Below, piece by piece: positions 36,481-45,311 of a DNA stretch of 64,000 bases. The translations under genes were made by a program, and so were the position numbers. Positions within the stretch are counted from its first letter, which is position 1, and every line of letters begins with the position of its first letter. The notes under the pieces are model-generated. The model worked only from the letters and a program-made list of their open reading frames with translations, was not told the DNA's origin and did not search any database. This DNA comes from Candidatus Micrarchaeia archaeon (GTDB lineage Archaea > Micrarchaeota > Micrarchaeia > Anstonellales > Anstonellaceae): assembly GCA_041650255.1 (NCBI GenBank), contig JBAZLL010000003.1, positions 64,801 through 128,800 of the forward strand. Reading direction: 5' to 3'.

Positions 36481-37683
36481 ATGTTTAAACTAAGCAAAAA
36501 CGATTACATAAAATATGGAACATACGTACTCATCCTTATCTTTATCCTCTCAACTGCGGGAATTTATTTGGGCAGTTTCGGTTCATCTTCAAAGACTCAA
36601 ACCGCTACTCCCGATATAATAAGCGGAAGGGCAGTTGCAAATGCGACCATCATCTCATGGGAACCCTCAATAGAAGTGTCTGGTGACAGCAAGGAGCTTG
36701 CCTCACTGGTTTCGCAGCTCAAAGCAAACGGCAGTGTAACTCACGACATAAAATTGAGCAACGGGCGAATACTCATGCTCAACGGCTCATCATCAATCGT
36801 GCAAATCTCATCTCAAATAGAACGGCTCGGGCTCAAGCCTTATTCGGATGCCGTTCTTTTTGTCGGTCCAATAACAATTATTGCCGAAAACACCACGACT
36901 TTTGCGGGACAGAACTTTAGGCAAAAGCTTGTTCCGATATTTGAAGTGGGCGACACGTTTGAAGTTTCTTTCAGCGCGCAAGCCGCCAACTCAATTGTTT
37001 ATGCCGCAAGCTCGCTTAGCATAATGCAAAGCCCTTCATTCTCCGTGCAATTAAACGCCATAAATTCATCTCTAAATTCAACGGCATTGGTAATCTCAAT
37101 TCCATGGTCCGAACGCAATGCAAATTATTCTCAATTCATAAATAGCCTTCCGAGCGGAGCTTATGCAAATATGACTTCGCGCTCGTTTGTGACATTTTCA
37201 CAAGTTGTGTCAAATGAAATATTGCAAAATATTTCCTCTTCAAAGCCGGCATATATTACCAGCCTGCAACCAAGCGTAATCTCTTTGAATCCAAAATATT
37301 CAAACGAATCAGAGGTAAAATCTTACTTTGCGCAATTCGGTCTTAATCCAATATTTGCAGAATCTTCAATTGAAATAAATTCAAACTCTTCCGACCCGAT
37401 GGTTCTTCAAAACATTTCTTCGCAATTTTTGAATTTATATCCAAATTCGTCTGCAAAATTAAGCAACGCCTATGGCATCTCGCTTAGGTTGCCGCAGGAA
37501 TTCTCATACGCGGGCAAGAATTACACTTTGGTTGAGCCAAATCCAATTGTTCTAATATCTGGTTATCCTCCATCCGAAGATGGCATTGTGAGCCTTAGCA
37601 TTATCGCAGTTGGAAACAAAGTTATACAATACACTCCCGAAGGCTACTATGTTTTGCCCAAATCAGTGCAAAACAGCTCTTAG
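36481..37683 (+). CDS. Membrane-anchored Ser/Asn-rich extracellular protein with many N-glycosylation sequons. Function unknown.
   Basis: The N-terminal TM is YGTYVLILIFILSTAGIYLG. There are at least 14 N-x-S/T sequons (NAT, NGS, NTT, NSS, NST, NYS, NMT, NIS, NES, NYT and others). Confidence 0.55.
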   Translation: MFKLSKNDYIKYGTYVLILIFILSTAGIYLGSFGSSSKTQTATPDIISGRAVANATIISWEPSIEVSGDSKELASLVSQLKANGSVTHDIKLSNGRILMLNGSSSIVQISSQIERLGLKPYSDAVLFVGPITIIAENTTTFAGQNFRQKLVPIFEVGDTFEVSFSAQAANSIVYAASSLSIMQSPSFSVQLNAINSSLNSTALVISIPWSERNANYSQFINSLPSGAYANMTSRSFVTFSQVVSNEILQNISSSKPAYITSLQPSVISLNPKYSNESEVKSYFAQFGLNPIFAESSIEINSNSSDPMVLQNISSQFLNLYPNSSAKLSNAYGISLRLPQEFSYAGKNYTLVEPNPIVLISGYPPSEDGIVSLSIIAVGNKVIQYTPEGYYVLPKSVQNSS

Positions 37684-37734
37684 TGCAATTATCTCATTTC
37701 TTTTTCACTAATTAGTTTTTCTTTTGGATAATAA

Positions 37735-37768
37735 TTTCTTTTTCTTTTGAGCTCAAAAGAAAAAGAAA
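37735..37768. terminator. Perfect 34-bp palindrome (17-bp arms) of T-runs and A-runs. Probable bidirectional terminator between the 36481 gene and tRNA-Ala.
   Basis: TTTCTTTTTCTTTTGAG|CTCAAAAGAAAAAGAAA. I checked the pairing base by base across 37735-37768. It lies 7 nt from the tRNA 3' end. Confidence 0.6.
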
Positions 37769-37774
37769 AGCCTT

Positions 37775-37846
37775 TGGACATCGGGGGATTCGAACCCCCA
37801 GCCTCCTGCATGCCATGCAGGCGCGCTACCGTTGCGCCAGATGCCC
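37775..37846 (-). tRNA. tRNA-Ala with anticodon GGC. No CCA is encoded.
   Basis: The manually folded cloverleaf is GGGCATC/TG/GCGC-AACGGTA-GCGC/G/CCTGC-ATGGCAT-GCAGG/AGGCT/GGGGG-TTCGAAT-CCCCC/GATGTCC-A. The G3:U70 alanine identity pair is present and the T-loop is TTCGAAT. Confidence 0.85.
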
Positions 37847-37900
37847 ATAGAAAGAAGTGTAAAAATTAAAAAAAAGAAAAAAATAAAATCAGGAATTAAA

Positions 37901-38125
37901 TCAAGCCGGAGAGATATATACTACCGAATCTCCGCGCAAAAGGACAGTTCCGATTCCGCGTTTTACTTCTCCGTTTACAAGTTGCTCGGCTTTTTCAAGC
38001 ACAATGTTCATGTGAACATCGTAGCTTACCATTGTGCCGCGCATCTCGTAGTTTCCTTTCATTCCGATGATTACTGAATTGTTCAATGATGCATTTAGAA
38101 CATCAAAAGGTCTCTTTTCTGGCAT
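37901..38125 (-). CDS. Sm-like archaeal protein (LSm/SmAP).
   Basis: Sm1 is VIIGMKGNYEMRGTMVSYDVHMNIVL. Sm2 is TVLLRGDSVVYISP. Confidence 0.85.
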   Translation of the reverse strand: MPEKRPFDVLNASLNNSVIIGMKGNYEMRGTMVSYDVHMNIVLEKAEQLVNGEVKRGIGTVLLRGDSVVYISPA

Positions 38126-38268
38126 AATAAATCCACCTCAAAAAATAATTGCGAAAGAGATAAAGGGATTAAAGTTTAAAAAACTCGGTATGCGTGCCGT
38201 CCGCCAGTTTGAAGTTGTCGAAATCATAAAACAAAGAAAAAATAAACCTTGCCTTATTCTATCTAGCA

Positions 38269-39405
38269 ATGAATATCCAAAAACAGCACGTTGCATTCAT
38301 CGTTTTCGCAATTCTGGCAATCACGACAATATTTTTCGCATACCAGTGCATCGTTTTCTCCTCGGAAATATTTCATTTGCAGGGGATTTTAGAACAAAAA
38401 GATTCTCAAATAGGCGCGCTTGAGCAAAAACAGTCCGAACTGCAAAAAAATATCTCCATTGCAAACATTGAGCTAAGCAGTGCAAATTCCCTTCTTGGGC
38501 AAAAAACAAATCAAATTTCCTCTTTGGAGCAACAGCTTGAGGATGCAAACTCAAACATCGCGCAAAAGCAAATAGAACTAAACAAATACAACCTGCAAGT
38601 ATCCCAAATACAAGATGAGCTAACCTCAATGCAGGAAGAAATAAACTCCTCAATGCAGTGGTTTAAGCAAAATTCCATCCTACCAAAAAATTATTCGTGG
38701 GCTCTTGATATTTTTCAAAAAAGAATAATTGACGAATGCATCTACAAAGGGGAATTGAATCTTGCCTGCATAAATTATCTAACCGACCGAACCGCGCTTC
38801 AAATCAAATACAAATCCGACATTGAAGCCGGCTCGCAAGATCATTTGCAATCTTTGGAGCAGACAATAAAGCGCGAAGGCGGGGACTGCGAGGATTATTC
38901 ACTTTTCATAAAAGCAGTTCTCAACTACATCAAATCACAAAATCAGGACGTGCAAATAAAATCGTGGGAAGAAGGCGATTCAAAATTCATCGTCTGGCCG
39001 CAGAATCCAACATCAGGCACTTATTCCTATTATCCAAACTCGCAAAAAAAACTCATTGGAAATTTGCAATCATCATATCCTTATGTCATCTGCTACTCTG
39101 TTGATTCGGCTTCCGGGCATTGCAGAATAGCAATCTCGCAAAATAAAATAAATTCAACTTCGCAGATTTCCCTTCTTGAAGGCGCAAACATATTTGAGCC
39201 GCAAAACGGAAGATACACTGGTGTTATCGGGTGCGAATATCAAATCTGTACATCAAATCAACAAACTTGTTATGCAAATGCCAATTCAATCGTAATTATA
39301 ATTTCTGATTCGGATATTTACGAGGTAAAAGGCGGAAATTGGACATCATATTCCAAACTTTATGATGAATCCAACACATTATTGCAAAATTTTTTGAAAA
39401 ATTAG
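38269..39405 (+). CDS. Membrane-anchored protein with an extracellular coiled coil and a C-terminal globular domain. Weak hint of a transglutaminase-like Cys protease fold.
   Basis: The N-terminal TM is VAFIVFAILAITTIFFAYQCIVF. Q/L/E-rich heptads follow. The GGDCEDYSLF motif and a later SGHCRIAI resemble the Cys and His elements of transglutaminase-like cores. Confidence 0.45.
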   Translation: MNIQKQHVAFIVFAILAITTIFFAYQCIVFSSEIFHLQGILEQKDSQIGALEQKQSELQKNISIANIELSSANSLLGQKTNQISSLEQQLEDANSNIAQKQIELNKYNLQVSQIQDELTSMQEEINSSMQWFKQNSILPKNYSWALDIFQKRIIDECIYKGELNLACINYLTDRTALQIKYKSDIEAGSQDHLQSLEQTIKREGGDCEDYSLFIKAVLNYIKSQNQDVQIKSWEEGDSKFIVWPQNPTSGTYSYYPNSQKKLIGNLQSSYPYVICYSVDSASGHCRIAISQNKINSTSQISLLEGANIFEPQNGRYTGVIGCEYQICTSNQQTCYANANSIVIIISDSDIYEVKGGNWTSYSKLYDESNTLLQNFLKN

Positions 39406-39474
39406 CAAAAATAAGAAAAGGTTTTTATATATCATAAGATTCTTCATTAACGAACATTTGAGGTGGTAAGTTTG

Positions 39475-39576
39475 GTGAAAAAGAAAGCAGCTAAAAGATC
39501 GGCAAAAAGACATGTAAAAACACATGCAAAGAAAAAATCAACGAAGAAGAAATCAACAAAGAAAAGAAAAAGGTAA
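39475..39576 (+). CDS. Candidate tiny ORF of 33 aa, extremely basic. It is below the ORF-track length cutoff.
   Basis: Translation is VKKKAAKRSAKRHVKTHAKKKSTKKKSTKKRKR*. GAGGTGGT lies 8-15 nt upstream. The TATA-like TTTTTATATAT is at 39422-39432. The start is GTG 39475 or TTG 39472. Confidence 0.35.
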   Translation: MKKKAAKRSAKRHVKTHAKKKSTKKKSTKKRKR

Positions 39577-39585
39577 GGTGAACAA

Positions 39586-39717
39586 ATGAACAAAGCAGGA
39601 AACGCAACAAGGCGATCTTCGCGCAAAGGGCGCGCAAGGGCGGCAGCAAAATCTAAGAAAATACGAGGAAAAGCGCAATCAAAGCGTTCATCCTGCAAGT
39701 GCAAGTGTTGCCACTAA
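39586..39717 (+). CDS. Candidate small ORF of 43 aa, basic, with a C-terminal Cys cluster.
   Basis: Translation is MNKAGNATRRSSRKGRARAAAKSKKIRGKAQSKRSSCKCKCCH*. AAGGTGA lies 5-11 nt upstream of the ATG. A T-rich tract follows the stop. Confidence 0.4.
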   Translation: MNKAGNATRRSSRKGRARAAAKSKKIRGKAQSKRSSCKCKCCH

Positions 39718-39752
39718 TTTTTTATCTTTTTATCTTTGTTTTTATCTATTTC
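39718..39752 (+). terminator. Oligo-T tract with TTTTTATC repeated three times, located after the small ORFs.
   Basis: The sequence is TTTTTTATCTTTTTATCTTTGTTTTTATCTATTTC, immediately after the stop at 39717. It sits between convergent genes. Confidence 0.45.
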
Positions 39753-39807
39753 TAACGCGGTGAATTTTTTTTCAACGGTTCTCTCCCTCAAAAGTAATCC
39801 ACAATAT

Positions 39808-42045
39808 TTATTCTCCCGATATCCCAAGCCCTTTCATCGCAAGAGAAAGCGCCTCCTTCTTATTCAAATAATAATTATTGTTTCCGCACTGCGGGCTGAA
39901 TATGCATTTTGGGCATCCCGCAACGCATTCGCATCCGGCGAGTCTTTCATGCGACATACTTATGCACTCGCCATATCTTTTCATCATTACTTCCGAAAGC
40001 CCGCTCCCGCCCTCAATTCCTTCATAATAAAATATTCTTCCGTCCGGATAAGATATGCCGCCTATTTCCGACGCGTCCGCGCCGCTAAGTGCCGGCATCA
40101 TTGCAATGCTCACATGTTCAAGCGCATGCAATCCATCCGTAAAACCCTGCTTTTGCTCTGCCCACACGTCCCAATCCGCCCAAAATGCCCGCGTATCAAA
40201 CTCATAAGACAACGGCTCGTCAATTTCATGGCGCGAAACAGTTGCGCCGCTAAAAGAATCCTTTACAACATACCCGTGCACTTCATCTACAATGTGCACT
40301 CTTCCCATTCCCATCTCAATAAGATTCCATCTTGAATTTTTTTCAATTTTAAGTATTTCCGCATTTTTTGTCTTTAGCGCCTGTGTATAATATTGCCCGT
40401 CATCATCGCTTCTTCTCACCAGCGCGGTTTTTTTGTTCATGTCAATTCCAAGACTCTCAAATCTTTTTCCCCCAAGCAAATAAGTTGCCCCTTCATAAAG
40501 CTCGCCGATTCCAATCGCCATTTCCCGCTCTCCGATTGATTTGCCGCTGTCTGCGTCAATTATTTTTATCCGATGCCCTGCATTTCTCACCGACATCTTT
40601 CTTGCCTTTATTACCCCCTCCTTGGTCGCGACAAACATATCCGAAAAATTTCTCACAAGTCCCTCTTCTTTGAGCTTTGAGCAAATAGCAATATCCTCTT
40701 CCCGCAATTCATTTTGCATAATCGGTCTGTCTTTACACGCCGACATTATATGCAATGCGCGCACATGTTCATTGTAAGCGTTTGCATAGCACTCTTCCGG
40801 CTTTCCCTCAATGTAATTTTTCGGATTTTGCGCATAATACTGGTCAAGTGGCAGTTGTCTTGCAACCATTATTGCATAACTTTCCTGTCCTTTTCTTCCT
40901 ACCCGCCCGACTCTCTGCCTCATCTGCGTAACTGTTCCGGGAAAGCCTGCAAGTATCGCCGCATCGGCATCGCCGATATCCATGCCGAGCTCAAGCGCGC
41001 TTGTTGCCGCAAGCACTTTTATCCTTCCACTATGAAATCCGCTCTCAAGTCTTCTTCTCTCTTCGGGCAAAATGCCTGCACGATATACCGCAACCTCCAT
41101 ATTCGCACTATGTCCTATTGCAGAAAGCCTTTCCGCCATATTATGCGAATTTGCAAAAATTATCGTCTTCTTGTTAATTTCTTTCGCAATTTTCAAACAA
41201 GTAGTAACCACGCTCTCATCGGAAGAATTCACAATCGCATGATTTATTTTCCCCCTCGGCGCGCCATCGCCTTCAATAAGCTCAAAATCATCTCGCAGGC
41301 AAATCTTTGATGCAAACTCAATCGGATTCCCAATCGTTGCGGACGACACAATATATTGCACCTGCTCGTTCGCAATCACAATCCCGCCCATGTCATCAAG
41401 GTCAAGAAGGCTTCCCTGCACAAACTTTTTCTTGCCCGCAAGCTCATTTTCTTTTTCCTCTTTCTTCGCGGCTTTCAAAAGCCTCTGCAGTCTCCACATA
41501 ATATTTGCGACATGGCATCCGACATTTCCCGAATAAGCATGTATCTCGTCAATCACAACATATTTGAGTCTGGCAAAAAAATTTTTCCAAAGCTTATTGT
41601 TAGTAAGCATGAAATGCAGCATATCCACATTTGTGATTATCACATGCGGCATATCTGCCCTTATTTTCGCCCTCTTGCTTGCGGGTGTGTCTCCATCGTA
41701 CACTTCCGCACGAATTCCAAGCATTCCAAATTCGCGCACCCTTGCCCATTGGTCGCGCGAGAGCGCCTTTGTCGGAAAAAGAAGCAAAGAGCATTTGCCG
41801 CGCAATGCCGCCTCCACGACCGGCACCATATAACATTCGCTCTTTCCGGCGGCGGTCGGAGCCATAAGCACGATATTTTTTCCTTCCCTGATTTTTTTAA
41901 TCGCCAGTGACTGGTGTGAATATAATTTTTTTATGCCCCTGCCCTTTAGCACTTCGCGTATCGCTTCATGAATCTGCACCGAGTCGTCATATTGCGCGCC
42001 CTTTCCTTTTTGCACAAACCATTTGGGGTTATAGTCATCAAGCAT
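39808..42045 (-). CDS. DEAD/DEAH-box SF2 helicase with a C-terminal DUF1998/MrfA-type Zn-binding domain (YprA/MrfA/Hrq1-like).
   Basis: Motif I is LMAPTAAGKSE. Motif II is VIDEIH. Motif VI is QMRQRVGRVGRKG. The C-terminus LAGCECVAGCPKCIFSPQCGNNNYYLNK is the 4-Cys DUF1998 signature. Confidence 0.85.
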   Translation of the reverse strand: MLDDYNPKWFVQKGKGAQYDDSVQIHEAIREVLKGRGIKKLYSHQSLAIKKIREGKNIVLMAPTAAGKSECYMVPVVEAALRGKCSLLLFPTKALSRDQWARVREFGMLGIRAEVYDGDTPASKRAKIRADMPHVIITNVDMLHFMLTNNKLWKNFFARLKYVVIDEIHAYSGNVGCHVANIMWRLQRLLKAAKKEEKENELAGKKKFVQGSLLDLDDMGGIVIANEQVQYIVSSATIGNPIEFASKICLRDDFELIEGDGAPRGKINHAIVNSSDESVVTTCLKIAKEINKKTIIFANSHNMAERLSAIGHSANMEVAVYRAGILPEERRRLESGFHSGRIKVLAATSALELGMDIGDADAAILAGFPGTVTQMRQRVGRVGRKGQESYAIMVARQLPLDQYYAQNPKNYIEGKPEECYANAYNEHVRALHIMSACKDRPIMQNELREEDIAICSKLKEEGLVRNFSDMFVATKEGVIKARKMSVRNAGHRIKIIDADSGKSIGEREMAIGIGELYEGATYLLGGKRFESLGIDMNKKTALVRRSDDDGQYYTQALKTKNAEILKIEKNSRWNLIEMGMGRVHIVDEVHGYVVKDSFSGATVSRHEIDEPLSYEFDTRAFWADWDVWAEQKQGFTDGLHALEHVSIAMMPALSGADASEIGGISYPDGRIFYYEGIEGGSGLSEVMMKRYGECISMSHERLAGCECVAGCPKCIFSPQCGNNNYYLNKKEALSLAMKGLGISGE

Positions 42046-42144
42046 TTATTTCATCCCGCAAAAATTTGCAATTTTTGCAATCAGGCTTGGGCCTTGGGCT
42101 TTTGCCCTCCTTTTTCACCGGCAAAATTTTGGCTAAAAAGAAAA

Positions 42145-43899
42145 TTATTGGCTGATAAAAAAGTACTGCAGCCTCTCGCCTTTTTTATCCAGCATCACAA
42201 AGCCAAATCTCTCAAATTGGAACGCATTTCTTTCAATGTCAAAAAGGCAGGTCCGCTCTGTCCAGCCCCATACCTCTTCAAGCGAGTTTTCATTGAACTT
42301 TTCATCAATATACAAATCATGGGGCACAAGCACGCACGCAACCGCTTTTGCCGAATCTGCAACCCATTGCATTTTTTTCTGCACGTTCCCCTCGTCCGAT
42401 ACAAATTCGCACTCAAGCACATCCATCTGCCCTTCTTTTCCATCTGGCATATGTGCACTAATTTTTCTTTTTGCCTTAAGCTTTACATTGCACCAATCTT
42501 TGAGCCTGAAAGTTTCCCCCTCAGCAATCGCATCTGCATCTGCTTGGCAAATATATGCCGGAGAGCTTGCAAGCATTTCCCGAACCCCGAGCCCTTCATT
42601 TTGCGGATGGTTTTTCACAGAAATATTTTTCTGCATCAGGCCGGATATTTCCACACGGGCAGGTTGATGCACAAAAAATCTTCTCTGTGCATTCACATCT
42701 ATAATCTTTCTATTTTCGGAAAGCAATTTGTCCCATCCGGGTTCGCTCTCAACTTTTGTGAGACCGAAAGAAAGCACGAATTTCTTAATCGCCTCGGGTG
42801 TTATGCCCCGTTTTTTCAATGCCGCCAAAGTCGGCAGGCGTATATCATCATAGCCCGAAACTTTTCCCTCTTCAATCAGCGGGGTAATAAGTCTCTTTGA
42901 AATCGGCGCGCCCTTTATCGCAAGTCTTGAGAAAGAAATCAATTTCGGTTTTCTCATCTCAAGTGCGTCAAGTATCGCATAATAAAGCTCGTCGCGAAGC
43001 TCATACTCCTTTGAGCGCATCGCATGTGTCACTCCTTCGGTGGAATCAATTATCGGCGCCGCAAAATCATAGGACGGCCAGCATTTGTATTTGTCTTTTT
43101 GCCTAAAATGCGGGGCATCAATAATTCTAAACAGAGTTGGGTCCCTCATAACCGTATTATCCGATTTCATGTCCCCCTTATATCTCACAATCGCCTGCCC
43201 TGTTGTAAATTTTCCATTCATCATTTTTCTAAAATCAATTACGTTCTCTTCGGGCATTTTGCACTGGCAATCGCATCTTTTGCCGCTTTCGCGCCCTTTT
43301 TTTATCTCATCCTGCGAGCAAGTGCAAACATAAGCCATACCTTTGAGCATCAGCTCGTCCGCAAGCTCGTAATATTTTTCCATATAATCCGACGAATATG
43401 TAATTTCAAAATCCCATTTTATTCCAAGCCACCTAAGATATTCAATGGTCGCATCCACGAATTCCTGTTTTGATTTTAGCGGATTTGTCTCGTCCATTCG
43501 CAATCTCATTTTTCCGCCGTGCGCGCGCGCTCCTTCAAAATTCAAAAAAGCCGCCTTTGCATGACCAATGTGCAAAAAGCCCGATGGCTCCGGCGGAAAT
43601 CTCGTAATGACTTTTCCCTGCACTGCATTCGGAAGGCTGATTCCCTTTTCCTCCTCTTTCTTTTTCTCTTCAAACGAATATTTTGAAAGCTCTGCCTCAA
43701 CCTGCTCCTTTGTCATCTCGTTTATCCTTTGTACTTCCACCGCGATTTTTCCCATAAGCTCCTTTGTCTGGTTTTTCATTTGCGGGTGCTCGGAAAGCAC
43801 TTTGCCGATAATCTTGCCGGCGTTTGCAGAGCCATAATCATGCGCATTCTTTAGCGCCCATTTGTTTATGCTAATTTCAATCTCATCCATGTATTTCAC
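42145..43899 (-). CDS. gltX: Glutamyl-tRNA synthetase, archaeal type with an N-terminal helical domain.
   Basis: The HIGH region is RFPPEPSGFLHIGHAKAAFLN. Other blocks are RMDETNP, WPSYDFAAPIIDS and GVTHAMRSKE. The start is GTG 43899 or ATG 43890. Confidence 0.9.
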   Translation of the reverse strand: MKYMDEIEISINKWALKNAHDYGSANAGKIIGKVLSEHPQMKNQTKELMGKIAVEVQRINEMTKEQVEAELSKYSFEEKKKEEEKGISLPNAVQGKVITRFPPEPSGFLHIGHAKAAFLNFEGARAHGGKMRLRMDETNPLKSKQEFVDATIEYLRWLGIKWDFEITYSSDYMEKYYELADELMLKGMAYVCTCSQDEIKKGRESGKRCDCQCKMPEENVIDFRKMMNGKFTTGQAIVRYKGDMKSDNTVMRDPTLFRIIDAPHFRQKDKYKCWPSYDFAAPIIDSTEGVTHAMRSKEYELRDELYYAILDALEMRKPKLISFSRLAIKGAPISKRLITPLIEEGKVSGYDDIRLPTLAALKKRGITPEAIKKFVLSFGLTKVESEPGWDKLLSENRKIIDVNAQRRFFVHQPARVEISGLMQKNISVKNHPQNEGLGVREMLASSPAYICQADADAIAEGETFRLKDWCNVKLKAKRKISAHMPDGKEGQMDVLECEFVSDEGNVQKKMQWVADSAKAVACVLVPHDLYIDEKFNENSLEEVWGWTERTCLFDIERNAFQFERFGFVMLDKKGERLQYFFISQ

Positions 43900-44153
43900 T
43901 CAAAAATTGTGGTTTCTTCATATGTGTATTTGTGCATTTCTTTCTCTATTTGTTTGTCCTTTAGCTTATTCACTTCCGTACATACTTCTCTGACAATATT
44001 CATAAGCTCGCCTTTCTCATCAACAAGCGCCGGATATTCCCTTAGCACATTCACAATGACTTTTGCAGGAATTGCAAATCTTACTTCATGCGCGCACTTC
44101 AGCGCCCATTTTCTTATGTTGTGTCTGAACTCTTTGCTGTCTTCCACTCTCAC
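43896..44153 (-). CDS. Stand-alone 85-aa paralog of the GluRS N-terminal domain.
   Basis: IRKWALKCAHE..AKVIVNVLREYPALVDEKGELMNIVREVCTEVNKLKDKQIEKEMHKYTYEE aligns with GluRS residues INKWALKNAHDYGSANAGKIIGKVLSEHPQMKNQTKELMGKIAVEVQRINEMTKEQVEAELSKYSFEE. Confidence 0.55.
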   Translation of the reverse strand: MRVEDSKEFRHNIRKWALKCAHEVRFAIPAKVIVNVLREYPALVDEKGELMNIVREVCTEVNKLKDKQIEKEMHKYTYEETTIFE

Positions 44154-44156
44154 ACC

Positions 44157-45263
44157 CTAAATATAATTTGTTTCCGCAAATCTCTTCTTTTTTGTTCCGG
44201 TTATGTCCCGCCTTGCAAAATCTGCGGGTTCAATTCCCCGCAGTCTCAATATCTCGGCAGACCTGCCTGTAATAAGCACCGGAGCGCACGCAAGCTCTTG
44301 CACGCTCTTTGCACCGCACAAAAACATCGCTGCCTTGAATTGCTCTTTCCAAATTTTTATTTCATCCTCGCACTTCTTGGCTTTCAAGAACGGTATTGCC
44401 GCACCGGCAAGTTTTGCCCCAAGCGCGATAGAATTTGCAACATCAATTCCATCTCTTACTCCGCCACTGCAAATAGTATCTCCATACTGTGCGCTTTCCA
44501 CAAGCGCCGGAATGCTTGGATAGCCCCATTCTTCAAAACCGGCAAGCCTTCCACCCCTTGCATACTCGACTTTGCTCCAGGATGTTCCTCCCCGTCCGGC
44601 GACATCCACTATTTTTACTCCGGCATCAAAAAGTTTTTTCGCGCAATCGCCGTTTATTCCGGCACCGGTTTCTTTTGCAATCACGGGCACATTAATATTT
44701 GAGCAAAGTTTCTCAATCGACACTATCACCTGCCCAAAATTTGTCTGCCCTTCGGGCTGTATCGCCTCTTGCAACGAGTTCAGATGCACATTCAGCGCGT
44801 CCGCGTCAATTTTATTTATCATCCACTCAATTTTCTTTACATCATATTCCTTTATCTGAACGGCTCCGATATTTGCGATAATTGGGATGCTTGGCGCCTC
44901 TTTTCTCACCATGTATGTATTTGCTTTTGATTCATCCTCAAGCATCGGTCTGCACGAGCCGAGCGCGAGTGCAATTTTTTCCTTCTCTGCAACAATCGCA
45001 AGTTTCTTGTTTATCTCCAAGCCTTTTTGAGTTCCGCCCGTCATCGCGCTGATTAGAATCGGGGCATCAAGTCTCTTTTTCAAAAAGTTCGTGCAAGTGT
45101 TTATTTTTGCCAAATCCGCCTCCGGCAGGGCATTGTGCACAAGCAAAACATCTTCAAATCCGGCCCCCTGGCAGTATTGAACATTTTCCTCTTCGCAAAT
45201 TTTTATGTGCGCATCCTTTCTTTCCTGAGTTGCAGATGTTTTTGTCATAACAAATCTGCTCAT
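44157..45263 (-). CDS. fni: Isopentenyl-diphosphate delta-isomerase, type 2 (FMN-dependent).
   Basis: Matching blocks: KDAHIKIC, ISAMTGGT, IAKETGAGI, VDVAGRGGTSWSKVEYAR, SGGVRDGIDVANSIALGA. Confidence 0.85.
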   Translation of the reverse strand: MSRFVMTKTSATQERKDAHIKICEEENVQYCQGAGFEDVLLVHNALPEADLAKINTCTNFLKKRLDAPILISAMTGGTQKGLEINKKLAIVAEKEKIALALGSCRPMLEDESKANTYMVRKEAPSIPIIANIGAVQIKEYDVKKIEWMINKIDADALNVHLNSLQEAIQPEGQTNFGQVIVSIEKLCSNINVPVIAKETGAGINGDCAKKLFDAGVKIVDVAGRGGTSWSKVEYARGGRLAGFEEWGYPSIPALVESAQYGDTICSGGVRDGIDVANSIALGAKLAGAAIPFLKAKKCEDEIKIWKEQFKAAMFLCGAKSVQELACAPVLITGRSAEILRLRGIEPADFARRDITGTKKKRFAETNYI

Positions 45264-45311
45264 TTTTACTTTAAAAAGAGTATGATAAATTTCGTCAAAA
45301 AACGTTGTTCT

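Noticed and set aside
39447-39704. 85-aa minus-strand ORF with FFFVDFFFVDFFF-type sequence.
   Set aside because: The product is the mirror image of the K/R-rich plus-strand small ORFs: poly-AAG/AAA read antisense gives poly-F/L. It has no promoter or RBS. The plus strand has TATA, SD and terminator signals.
41968-42900. 310-aa plus-strand ORF. Also 39736..40335, 40714..41310 and 41356..41910 on the plus strand.
   Set aside because: They lie antisense to the helicase and gltX genes, which carry unambiguous motifs. The products are Phe/Cys/His-rich with no motifs.
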